Below, piece after piece: positions 12,101-23,689 of a DNA stretch of 64,000 nucleotides. Numbering within the stretch: position 1 is the first letter of the stretch; each line of letters begins with the position of its first letter. Source of the DNA: Mobula hypostoma (lineage: Eukaryota); contig NC_086099.1 in assembly GCF_963921235.1 (NCBI RefSeq), positions 1,984,001-2,048,000 on the forward strand. Reading direction: 5' to 3'. The notes below the pieces were generated by a model. That model did not search any database and was not told the origin of the DNA. It was given only the letters and a program-made list of their open reading frames with translations. A program made the position numbers and the translations under genes.

Positions 12101-15100
12101 GCCGGAGAGTCGACAGCCGCCGCCGCCGCCGCCCGCGCCACCTGCCGGCCGTAGAGTCGACAGCCGCAGCCGCCGCCCGCGCCACCTGCCGGCCGGAGAG
12201 TCGCCGGCCGCCGCCGCCGCCGCCCGTGCCACCTGCCGGCCGGAGAGTCGACAGCCGCCGCCGCCGCCCGCGCCACCTGCCGGCCGGAGAGTCGCCAGCC
12301 GTCGCCGCCAGCGCCACCTGCCGGCCGGAGAGACGCCGGCCGCCGCCGCCCGCGCCACCTGCCGGCCGGAGAGTCCACAGCCGCCGCCGCCAGCGCCACC
12401 TGCCGGCCGGAGAGACGACAGCCGCCGCCGCTAGCGCCACCTGCCGCCCGGAGAGTCGACAACAGCCGACACCCGCGCCACCTGCCGGCCGGAGGGTCGC
12501 CAGCGCCACCTGCCGGCCGGAGAGTCGACTGCCGCCGCCGCAGCCGCCCGCGCCACCTGCCGGCCGGAGGGTCGCCAGCCGCCGCCGCCAGCGCCACCTG
12601 CCGGCCGGAGAGTCAACAGCCGCAGCCGCCGCCCGCGCCACCTGCCGGCCGGAGAGTCGACAGCCGCCGCCGCCGCCGCCCGCGCCACCTGCCGGCCGTA
12701 GAGTCGACAGCCGCAGCCGCCGCCCGCGCCACCTGCCGCCCGGACAGTCGACAGCCGCCGCCACCGCCGCCGCCCGCGCCACCTGCCGGCCGGAGGGTCG
12801 CCAGCCGCCGCCGCCAGCGCCACCTGCCGGCCGGAGAGTCAACAGCCGCAGCCGCCGCCCGCGCCACCTGCCGGCCGGAGAGTCGACAGCCGCCGCCGCC
12901 GCCGCCCGCGCCACCTGCCGGCCGTAGAGTCGACAGCCGCAGCCGCCGCCCGCGCCACCTGCCGGCCGGAGAGTCGACAGCCGCCGCCGCCGCCGCCCGC
13001 GCCACCTGCCGGCCGTAGAGTCGACAGCCGCAGCCGCCGCCCGCGCCACCTGCCGCCCGGACAGTCGACAGCCGCCGCCGCCGCCGCCGCCCGCGCCACC
13101 TGCCGGCCGGAGAGTCGCCAGCCGTCGCCGCCAGCGCCACCTGCCGGCCGGAGAGTCAACAGCCGCAGCCGCCGCCGCCCGCGCCACCTGCCGGCCGTAG
13201 AGTCGACAGCCGCAGCCGCCGCCCGCGCCACCTGCCGGCCGGAGAGTCGACAGCCGCCGCCGCCGCCGCCCGCGCCACCTGCCGGCCGTAGAGTCGACAG
13301 CCGCAGCCGCCGCCCGCGCCACCTGCCGCCCGGACAGTCGACAGCCGCCGCCGCCGCCGCCGCCCGCGCCACCTGCCGGCCGGAGAGTCGCCAGCCGTCG
13401 CCGCCAGCGCCACCTGCCGGCCGGAGAGTCGACAGCCGCCGCCGCCGCCGCCCGCGCCACCTGCCGGCCGTAGAGTCGACAGCCGCAGCCGCCGCCCGCG
13501 CCACCTGCCGCCCGGACAGTCGACAGCCGCCGCCGCCGCCGCCGCCCGCGCCACCTGCCGGCCGGAGAGTCGCCAGCCGGCGCCGCCAGCGCCACCTGCC
13601 GGCCGGAGAGACGCCGGCCGCCGCCGCCCGCGCCACCTGCCGGCCGGAGAGTCCACAGCCGCCGCCGCCAGCGCCACCTGCCGGCCGGAGAGACGACAGC
13701 CGCCGCCGCTAGCGCCACCTGCCGCCCGGAGAGTCGACAACAGCCGACACCCGCGCCACCTGCCGGCCGGAGGGTCGCCAGCGCCACCTGCCGGCCGGAG
13801 AGTCGACTGCCGCCGCCGCAGCCGCCCGCGCCACCTGCCGGCCGGAGGGTCGCCAGCCGCCGCCGCCAGCGCCACCTGCCGGCCGGAGAGTCAACAGCCG
13901 CAGCCGCCGCCCGCGCCACCTGCCGGCCGGAGAGTCGACAGCCGCCGCCGCCGCCGCCCGCGCCACCTGCCGGCCGTAGAGTCGACAGCCGCAGCCGCCG
14001 CCCGCGCCACCTGCCGCCCGGACAGTCGACAGCCGCCGCCACCGCCGCCGCCCGCGCCACCTGCCGGCCGGAGAGTCGACAGCCGCAGCCGCCGCCCGCG
14101 CCACCTGCCGGCCGGAGAGTCGACAGCCGCCGCCGCCGCCGCCCGCGCCACCTGCCGGCCGTAGAGTCGACAGCCGCAGCCGCCGCCCGCGCCACCTGCC
14201 GGCCGGAGAGTCGCCGGCCGCCGCCGCCGCCGCCCGTGCCACCTGCCGGCCGGAGAGTCGACAGCCGCCGCCGCCGCCCGCGCCACCTGCCGGCCGGAGA
14301 GTCGCCAGCCGTCGCCGCCAGCGCCACCTGCCGGCCGGAGAGTCAACAGCCGCAGCCGCCGCCCGCGCCACCTGCCGGCCGGAGAGTCGACAGCCGCCGC
14401 CGCCGCCGCCCGCGCCACCTGCCGGCCGTAGAGTCGACAGCCGCAGCCGCCGCCCGCGCCACCTGCCGCCCGGACAGTCGACAGCCGCCGCCGCCGCCGC
14501 CGCCCGCGCCACCTGCCGGCCGGAGAGTCGCCAGCCGTCGCCGCCAGCGCCACCTGCCGGCCGGAGAGTCGACAGCCGCCGCCGCCACCGCCCGCGCCAC
14601 CTGCCGGCCGGAGAGACGCCGGCCGCCGCCGCCCGCGCCACCTGCCGGCCGGAGAGTCCACAGCCGCCGCCGCCAGCGCTACCTGCCGGCCGGAGAGACG
14701 ACAGCCGCCGCCGCTAGCGCCACCTGCCGCCCGGAGAGTCGACAACAGCCGACACCCGCGCCACCTGCCGGCCGGAGAGTCGCCAGCCGGCGCCGCCAGC
14801 GCCACCTGCCGGCCGGAGAGTCGACAGCCGCCGCCGCCACCGCCCGCGCCACCTGCCGGCCGGAGAGACGCCGGCCGCCGCCGCCCGCGCCACCTGCCGG
14901 CCGGAGAGTCCACAGCCGCCGCCGCCAGCGCCACCTGCCGGCCGGAGAGACGACAGCCGCCGCCGCTAGCGCCACCTGCCGCCCGGAGAGTCGACAACAG
15001 CCGACACCCGCGCCACCTGCCGGCCGGAGGGTCGCCAGCGCCACCTGCCGGCCGGAGAGTCGACTGCCGCCGCCGAGCCGCCCGCGCCACCTGCCGGCCG

Positions 15101-15684
15101 GAGAGTCGACAGCCGCCGCCGCCGCCGCCCGCGCCACCTGCCGGCCGGAGAGTCGACAGCCGTCGCCGCCAGCGCCACCTGCCGGCCGGAGAGTCGACAG
15201 CCGCCGCCGCCACCGCCCGCGCCACCTGCCGGCCGGAGAGACGCCGGCCGCCGCCCCGTGCCACCTGCCGGCCGGAGAGTCGACAGCCGCCGCCGCCGCC
15301 GCCCGCGCCACCTGCCGGCCGTAGAGTCGACAGCCGCAGCCGCCGCCCGCGCCACCTGCCGGCCGGAGAGACGCCGGCCGCCGCCCCGTGCCACCTGCCG
15401 GCCGGAGAGTCGACAGCCGCCGCCGCCGCCGCCCGCGCCACCTGCCGGCCGTAGAGTCGACAGCCGCAGCCGCCGCCCGCGCCACCTGCCGCCCGGACAG
15501 TCGCCAGCCGCCGCCGCCGCCCGCGCCACCTGCCGGCCGGAGAGTCCACAGCCGCCGCCGCCAGCGCCACCTGCCGGCCGGACAGTCGCCAGCCGCCGCC
15601 GCCGCCCGCGCCACCTGCCGTCGGAGGGTCGACAGCCGCCGCCGCCCGCGCCACCTGCCGGCCGGAGAGTCGCCAGCCGCAGCC
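6161..15684. repeat. ~9.5 kb GC/CpG-rich minisatellite, ~40-46 bp units (GCCACCTGCCGGCCGGAGAGTCGACAG + (CCG)n), roughly 220 copies, with higher-order duplications
   Basis: Tandem array seen directly; identical ORF blocks recur at offsets of 5107, 3812 and 1194 bp. Confidence 0.97.
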
Positions 15685-16729
15685 TTCAACATCCCGTCCT
15701 TTCTCCTGCACCCGATACGGTACTTTGTTTTATAAAGGCCAATGTGCCAAAACTTTTCTTTACTACCTGTGCTGCCACATTTAAGGAATTATGGACCTGA
15801 TCCTCTGTTGTACCACCCTGCTCAGTCTACCTGACTGAGTGCAACACCTCCCGCCTGTCTGTTCAATTCCATCCGCCATTCTCCAGCAGATCCCTCTGCC
15901 AGCCGGAGCCTTCTCGCTGTCCGCTGCACCCACAATCTTGCTGTCATCCTCAAATTTGCTGAGTCAGAATCAGGCTCATTATCACCGGCATGTGACGTGA
16001 AATTAAATTATCTGGTAGTAATGCTGTTTCATTTGGCTGTCTGTACAGTATTCACATACGGTTGAATGACAATGAAGCTTCTGCTTGTTTATCATCCAGA
16101 TCATTGATCCAGGTGACAACAGAGCCAACACCAATCCATACGGCGCTCCACTAGTCACCAGCCTCCAGACAGGCAGCCGCCGACTACCTTTCTCGAAGGC
16201 ACAAATTGGCCGGAGATGTGCAAGCCCATGTGAGAGGAGGAAGCTTTCTTATTGAAAAGCTTCCCAAAGCATTTCACATCCTTTTAAGTATTAATTCTGC
16301 AGAATGTAGTTGTCACTGACCAGACCAACATTTTTCATTAGTTGCCCCTGAGAAGATGGCAGTGTGCCCCCATCTTGACTCACTGTATTCTTTGTTATGA
16401 AAGTAAATGAGGTATCTATCTATCACTGAAACATACTCCCGCACAACCGAACAATGCGCTGGGTGCGGCCCACAAGCATGCAGTGCCAACACGTATGCTC
16501 ACAGTACAACGAATCCTACCGTGAGTTGCTACCATTCTTTAACTTTCTTTACAAATGTACACATTAAGGTAGGAATTTTAGTAGGTCATGTTAAGGTGGA
16601 ATAATGCCTGTACTGTAATACTCCCTTTAATTTTTAATGTCATCGCTAGACCTCTTCACAATTATGCAGCAGAGAACCAGTGCTCGTGCTCAACCTGTCC
16701 AAGCTGACTGTGTCAGAACACAGATCATC

Positions 16730-18228
16730 ATCACAGGCCCTTCAGCCCACAAAACGGTGCTGACCATGTAACCTACTCTGGAAACTACCTAGAATTTCCC
16801 TACCACACCGCCCTCTATTTTTCTAAGCTCCACGTACCTATCTAAGGGTCTCTTAAAAGATCCTATCGTATCCACCTCCACCATTGTCACTGGCAGCCCA
16901 TTCCACACACTCACCACTCTCTGAGTAAAAAACTTACCCCTGATATCCCCCCTGTACCTACTTCCAAGCACATTAAAACTGTGCCCTCTCGTGTTAGCCA
17001 TTTCAGCCCCGGGAAAAAGCCTCTGACAACCCACACAATCAATGCCTCTCATCATCTTATACACCTCTATCAGGTCACCTCTCATCCTCTGTCACTCCAA
17101 GGAGAAAAGGCCGAGTTCACTCAACCTATTCTCATAAGGCATGCTCCCCAATCGAGACAAAATCCTTGTAAATCTCCTCTGCACCCTTTCTGTGGTTTCC
17201 ACATCCCTCCTGTAGCGAGGCAACCAGAACTGAGCACAGTACTCCAAGTGGGGTCTGACCAAGATCTGATATAGCTCTAACATTACCTCACGGCTCTTAA
17301 ACCGAGTCCCACGGTTGATGAATGCCAACACATCGTAAGCCTTCTTAACAACACTGTCAACCTGCACAGTAGCTTTGAGTGTCCAGTGGACATGGACCCC
17401 AAGATCCCTCTGATCCTGTTTTGCCTACCTGAGACAGTCCTAGTGACCTGTGTTTGGTTCATTTATTTCTAAAGTATTCAAATATGATGGCAGAATTTAG
17501 TATTAATGGTAAGACTCTTGGCAGTGTGGAGGATCAGAGGGATCATGGGGTCCGAGTCCATAGGACAATGAAACTTGCTGTGCAGGTTGACTCTGTGGTT
17601 AAGAAGGCATATGGTGCATTGGCCTTCATCAATCATGGGATTGAGTTTAGGAGCCGAGAGGTAATGTTGCAGCTATATAAGACCCTGGTCAGACCCCACT
17701 TGGAGTACTGTACTCAGTTCTGGTCACCTCACTACAGGAAAGAATGTGGAAACCATAGAAAGGGTGCAGAGGAGATTTACAAGGATGTTGCCTGGATTGG
17801 GGAGCATACCTTATGAGAATAGGTTGAGTGGACTCGACCTTTTCTCCTTGAAGCAACGGAGGATGAGAGGTGACCTGATAGAGGTGTATAAGATGATGAG
17901 AGGCATTGATCATGTGGATAGTCAGAGGCTTTTTCCCAGGGATGAAATGGTTGCCACAAGAGGGCACAGGTTTAAGGTGCTGGGGAGTAGGTACAGAGAA
18001 GATGTCAGGGGTAAGTTTTTTACTCAGAGAGTGGTGACTGCGTGGAATGGGCTGCCGGCAATGGTGATGGAGGTGGGTCTTTTAAGAGACTTTTGGACAG
18101 GTACATGGAGCTTAGTAAAATAGAGGGCTATGGGTAAGCCTAGTAATTTCTAAGGTAGGGACATGTTCGGCCCAACTTTGTGGACCGAAGGGCCTGTATT
18201 GTGCTGTAGTTTTTCTATGTTTCTATGT
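16730..18228. mobile_element. Two CR1 3' fragments in opposite orientation (minus ~16730-17417, plus ~17476-18228)
   Basis: LVRPHLEYC, MRGDLIEVYK motifs; TTCTATG tail. Confidence 0.88.
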
Positions 18229-18589
18229 AAAGTCAAAGTCTAATTTATTACCTGAGTACATAAGTGTTACCACAAGCAACCCTGAGAATCCTTTTCTGCG
18301 GGCATACTTAGCAAATCCATAGAACAGTACATGTAAACGCCAGCAACTATAAACTGTAAATTAACTGTGCAAATGAAGCTATAAATAAATAACTATAAAT
18401 AACAAGGATGAATTAACAATATAACTGAGTCGTTAAATGAGTGTAGCTATCCCCCTTTGTTCAGGAGCCTGATGGTTGAGGTGTAGGAACTGTTCTTGAA
18501 CATGGTAGTGAGAGTCCTGAGACTCCTGTACCTCCAACTGATGACAGCAATGAGAAAGGAGCATGATCTGGGTGGTGAGGATCTGTGCA

Positions 18590-21500
18590 GGTGAGTGTAG
18601 AATGAGTGAGTGTACAGTGAGTGAGTGTACAGGTAGAGTGAGTGTACAGTGAGTGAGTGTACAGGTAGAGTGAGTGTACAGTGAGTGAGTGTACAGTGAG
18701 TGAGTGTACAGGTAGAGTGAGTGTACAGTGAGTGAGTGTACAGTGAGTGAGTGTACAGTGAGTGAGTGTACAGGTAGAGTGAGTGTACAGTGAGTGAGTG
18801 TACAGTGAGTGAGTGTACAGGTAGAGTGAGTGTACAGTGAGTGAGTGTACAGGTAGAGTGAGTGTACAGTGAGTGAGTGTACAGGTAGAGTGAGTGTACA
18901 GTGAGTGAGTGTACAGGTAGAGTGAGTGTACAGGTAGAGTGAGTGTACAGTGAGTGAGTGTACAGGTAGAGTGAGTGTACAGTGAGTGAGTGTACAGGTA
19001 GAGTGAGTGTACAGGTAGAGTGAGTGTACAATGAGTGAGTGTACAGTGAGTGAGTGTACAGTGAGTGAGTGTACAGGTGGAGTGAGTGTACAATGAGTGA
19101 GTGTACAGTGAGTGAGTGTACAATGAGTGAGTGTACAGGTAGAGTGAGTGTACAGTGAGTGAGTGTACAGGTAGAGTGAGTGTACAGGTAGAGTGAGTGT
19201 ACAGTGAGTGAGTGTACAGGTAGAGTGAGTGTACAGGTAGAGTGAGTGTACAGTGAGTGAGTGTACAGTGAGTGAGTGTACAGGTAGAGTGAGTGTACAA
19301 TGAGTGAGTGTACAGTGAGTGAGTGTACAGGTGGAGTGAGTGTACAGGTGGAGTGAGTGTACAGTGAGTGAGTGTACAGGTGGAGTGAGTGTACAGTTAG
19401 AGTGAGTGTACAGGTAGAGTGAGTGTACAGTGAGTGAGTGTACAGGTAGAGTGAGTGTACAGTGAGTGAGTGTACAGTGAGTGAGTGTACAGGTAGAGTG
19501 AGTGTACAGTGAGTGAGTGTACAGGTAGAGTGAGTGTACAGGTAGAGTGAGTGTACAATGAGTGAGTGTACAGTGAGTGAGTGTACAGTGAGTGAGTGTA
19601 CAGGTGGAGTGAGTGTACAATGAGTGAGTGTACAGTGAGTGAGTGTACAATGAGTGAGTGTACAGGTAGAGTGAGTGTACAGTGAGTGAGTGTACAGTGA
19701 GTGAGTGTACAGGTAGAGTGAGTGTACAGTGAGTGAGTGTACAGTGAGTGAGTGTACAGGTAGAGTGAGTGTACAGTGAGTGAGTGTACAGTGAGTGAGT
19801 GTACAGGTAGAGTGAGTGTACAATGAGTGAGTGTACAGTGAGTGAGTGTACAGGTGGAGTGAGTGTACAGGTAGAGTGAGTGTACAGTGAGTGAGTGTAC
19901 AGGTGGAGTGAGTGTACAGTTAGAGTGAGTGTACAGGTAGAGTGAGTGTACAGTGAGTGAGTGTACAGGTAGAGTGAGTGTACAATGAGTGAGTGTACAG
20001 TGAGTGAGTGTACAGGTAGAGTGAGTGTACAGTGAGTGAGTGTACAGGTAGAGTGAGTGTACAGGTGGAGTGAGTGTACAGGTAGAGTGAGTGTACAGTG
20101 AGTGAGTGTACAGGTAGAGTGAGTGTACAGTGAGTGAGTGTACAGTGAGTGAGTGTACAAGTAGAGTGAGTGTACAGTGAGTGAGTGTACAGGTAGAGTG
20201 AGTGTACAGTGAGTGAGTGTACAGGTAGAGTGAGTGTACAGGTAGAGTGAGTGTACAGTGAGTGAGTGTACAGGTAGAGTGAGTGTACAGTGAGTGAGTG
20301 TACAGGTAGAGTGAGTGTACAGGTAGAGTGAGTGTACAATGAGTGAGTGTACAGTGAGTGAGTGTACAGGTGGAGTGAGTGTACAATGAGTGAGTGTACA
20401 GTGAGTGAGTGTACAATGAGTGAGTGTACAGGTAGAGTGAGTGTACAGTGAGTGAGTGTACAGGTAGAGTGAGTGTACAGGTAGAGTGAGTGTACAGTGA
20501 GTGAGTGTACAGGTAGAGTGAGTGTACAGGTAGAGTGAGTGTACAGTGAGTGAGTGTACAGTGAGTGAGTGTACAGGTAGAGTGAGTGTACAGGTAGAGT
20601 GAGTGTACAATGAGTGAGTGTACAGTGAGTGAGTGTACAGGTGGAGTGAGTGTACAATGAGTGAGTGTACAGTGAGTGAGTGTACAGGTGGAGTGAGTGT
20701 ACAGGTAGAGTGAGTGTACAGTGAGTGAGTGTACAGGTAGAGTGAGTGTACAGGTAGAGTGAGTGTACAGTGAGTGAGTGTACAGGTAGAGTGAGTGTAC
20801 AGGTAGAGTGAGTGTACAGGTAGAGTGAGTGTACAGTGAGTGAGTGTACAGGTAGAGTGAGTGTACAGGTAGAGTGAGTGTACAATGAGTGAGTGTACAG
20901 TGAGTGAGTGTACAGGTGGAGTGAGTGTACAGGTAGAGTGAGTGTACAGTGAGTGAGTGTACAGGTAGAGTGAGTGTACAATGAGTGAGTGTACAGTGAG
21001 TGAGTGTACAGGTAGAGTGAGTGTACAGTGAGTGAGTGTACAGGTAGAGTGAGTGTACAGGTGGAGTGAGTGTACAGGTAGAGTGAGTGTACAGTGAGTG
21101 AGTGTACAGGTAGAGTGAGTGTACAGTGAGTGAGTGTACAGTGAGTGAGTGTACAAGTAGAGTGAGTGTACAATGAGTGAGTGTACAGTGAGTGAGTGTA
21201 CAGGTAGAGTGAGTGTACAGGTAGAGTGAGTGTACAGTGAGTGAGTGTACAGGTAGAGTGAGTGTACAGTGAGTGAGTGTACAGGTAGTGAGTGTACAGG
21301 TAGAGTGAGTGTACAGGTAGAGTGAGTGTACAGGTAGAGTGAGTGTACAGTGAGTGAGTGTACAGGTAGAGTGAGTGTACAGTGAGTGAGTGTACAGGTA
21401 GAGTGAGTGTACAGGTAGAGTGAGTGTACAGTGAGTGAGTGTACAGGTAGAGTGAGTGTACAGGTGGAGTGAGTGTACAATGAGTGAGTGTACAGTGAGT

Positions 21501-22308
21501 GAGTGTACAATGAGTGAGTGTACAGGTAGAGTGAGTGTACAGTGAGTGAGTGTACAGGTAGAGTGAGTGTACAGGTAGAGTGAGTGTACAGTGAGTGAGT
21601 GTACAGGTAGAGTGAGTGTACAGGTAGAGTGAGTGTACAGTGAGTGAGTGTACAGTGAGTGAGTGTACAGGTAGAGTGAGTGTACAGGTAGAGTGAGTGT
21701 ACAATGAGTGAGTGTACAGTGAGTGAGTGTACAGGTGGAGTGAGTGTACAGGTAGAGTGAGTGTACAGTGAGTGAGTGTACAGGTGGAGTGAGTGTACAG
21801 TTAGAGTGAGTGTACAGGTAGAGTGAGTGTACAGTGAGTGAGTGTACAGGTAGAGTGAGTGTACAATGAGTGAGTGTACAGTGAGTGAGTGTACAGGTAG
21901 AGTGAGTGTACAGTGAGTGAGTGTACAGGTAGAGTGAGTGTACAGGTGGAGTGAGTGTACAGGTAGAGTGAGTGTACAGTGAGTGAGTGTACAGTGAGTG
22001 AGTGTACAAGTAGAGTGAGTGTACAATGAGTGAGTGTACAGTGAGTGAGTGTACAGGTAGAGTGAGTGTACAGGTAGAGTGAGTGTACAGTGAGTGAGTG
22101 TACAGGTGGAGTGAGTGTACAGTGAGTGAGTGTACAGGTAGAGTGAGTGTACAGGTAGAGTGAGTGTACAGTGAGTGAGTGTACAGGTGGAGTGAGTGTA
22201 CAGTGAGTGAGTGTACAATGAGTGAGTGTACAGTGAGTGAGTGTACAGGTGGAGTGAGTGTACAGGTGGAGTGAGTGTACAGTGAGTGAGTGTACAGGTA
22301 GAGTGAGT
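18590..22308. repeat. Minisatellite of interspersed 15-bp (GTACAGTGAGTGAGT) and 17-bp (GTACAGGTAGAGTGAGT) units
   Basis: Seen directly; about 230 units. Confidence 0.97.
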
Positions 22309-22879
22309 GGGTATGAAAATGGGTACGGTAAAGAAATGGTTAACAAGTAGGAATGTATGCTGTTAGGCAGATTGACCCTTCATACTAAGTAAGGCCCCTG
22401 GTATACCCGATGACATGCATGAAAACAAAGCTGATTTGCGTTAAAGCAATCAATTACCTTGTCTCTGGAGATGTTTTCTATATTGTTTGATTGTAAGTTA
22501 ATAGGATGCATTGACCCTGGGGAGGCAGAGGCCGACTGTTGTGGGACGTGCAGTGTAAAGGACATATGTTGGCCTGATACGTGACCAGGGCTTGGAAGTG
22601 GCCCAAGATGAGGTCGTGTAGGTGTCGGATTGGATGTCTAGCCCCTTCCAGCTGGACTGGGAGGGGGTGATAGGGCTATGAAGGTGGGCAAGTTCTTTCC
22701 TGGGCAGACCACTCGCCTGGGTCCCAGCTTTGGGCCGAGCAGCTGAACTGGCCAGTCCACGGTCGATCGCCTGCCTCAGGGACCATGCAGACGTTGCTAA
22801 GTATACTTGGCGGTGTAGACTACCAGGGGCTGTTTAAGTTAGCCCTACCTATTAGTGGTGCAGGTAGTGTACAATATAA

Positions 22880-23480
22880 AGCATTTCTCGCAACTCTCTA
22901 TCAGATCTATAGAAGTTTGCCAAAGATTTTTGATGACATCCCAAACCCCTGCAGACTCCTGAGAAAATAGAGGTGCTGTTGTGCTTTCTTCAGAATAATA
23001 TTTATATGACGGGTTCAAGACAGATTCCCTGAGATAGTGACACCAGGAATTTAAAGTTACTGACCCTCTCCACCTCTGATCCTCCGATGATTACCGGCTC
23101 ATGGACCTCTGGTTTCCCTCCCTTGAAGTCTACAACCAGTTCCTTGGTCTTATGGACATTAAGTGAGAGGTGGTTGCTATTACACCACCCAGCCAAGTTT
23201 TTATTCTCCCTCCTGTACGCTGATTCATCACACCCTTGATACAGCCCACAACAGTGGTGTCATCAGCAAACTTGTATATGGTGTTGGAGCTGTACTGAGC
23301 CACACAGTCATGGGTGTAAAGTGAATAGAGTAGGGGGTTAAGCACACAGTCCTGCAGTGCTCCGGTGCTGATGGAGACTGTGGAGATGTTTTTGCCAATC
23401 CGAACTGACTCAGGTCCACAAGTAAGGAAATTCAGGATCCAATTGCACAAGTGACTATTGAACCCAGGTCTTGGAGTTTA
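22880..23480 (-). mobile_element. Rex1/L2-type RT fragment
   Basis: [32 protein letters not shown]. Confidence 0.8.
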
Positions 23481-23689
23481 CAATGTCCTGTCAAAGGGTC
23501 TCAGTCCGAAACGTCGACTGTACCTCTTCCTAGAGATGCTGCCTGGCCTGCTGCGTTCACCAGCAACTTTGTGTGTGTTGCTTGGAGGTTACAGATTAGT
23601 TTTCAGGGGATAGCCCTTTTAAATTCTCACTGTCTACAATACCGATGTAAATGTCAGGAAGGTTATAATTTCATCTGTCTTTACTACTT

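Noticed and set aside
6215-15800. Very long Ala/Arg/Gly/Pro-rich ORFs (up to 1914 aa)
   Set aside because: Open in several frames on both strands because the GC-rich unit rarely contains stops; no gene structure
18433-22346. YTHSL/CTLTH/VHSL ORFs up to 1261 aa
   Set aside because: All three minus frames are open; a direct translation of the 15/17-bp satellite
22495-22800. Non-repetitive-looking segment with a ~100-codon open minus frame
   Set aside because: No recognisable homology, start codon or convincing splice sites
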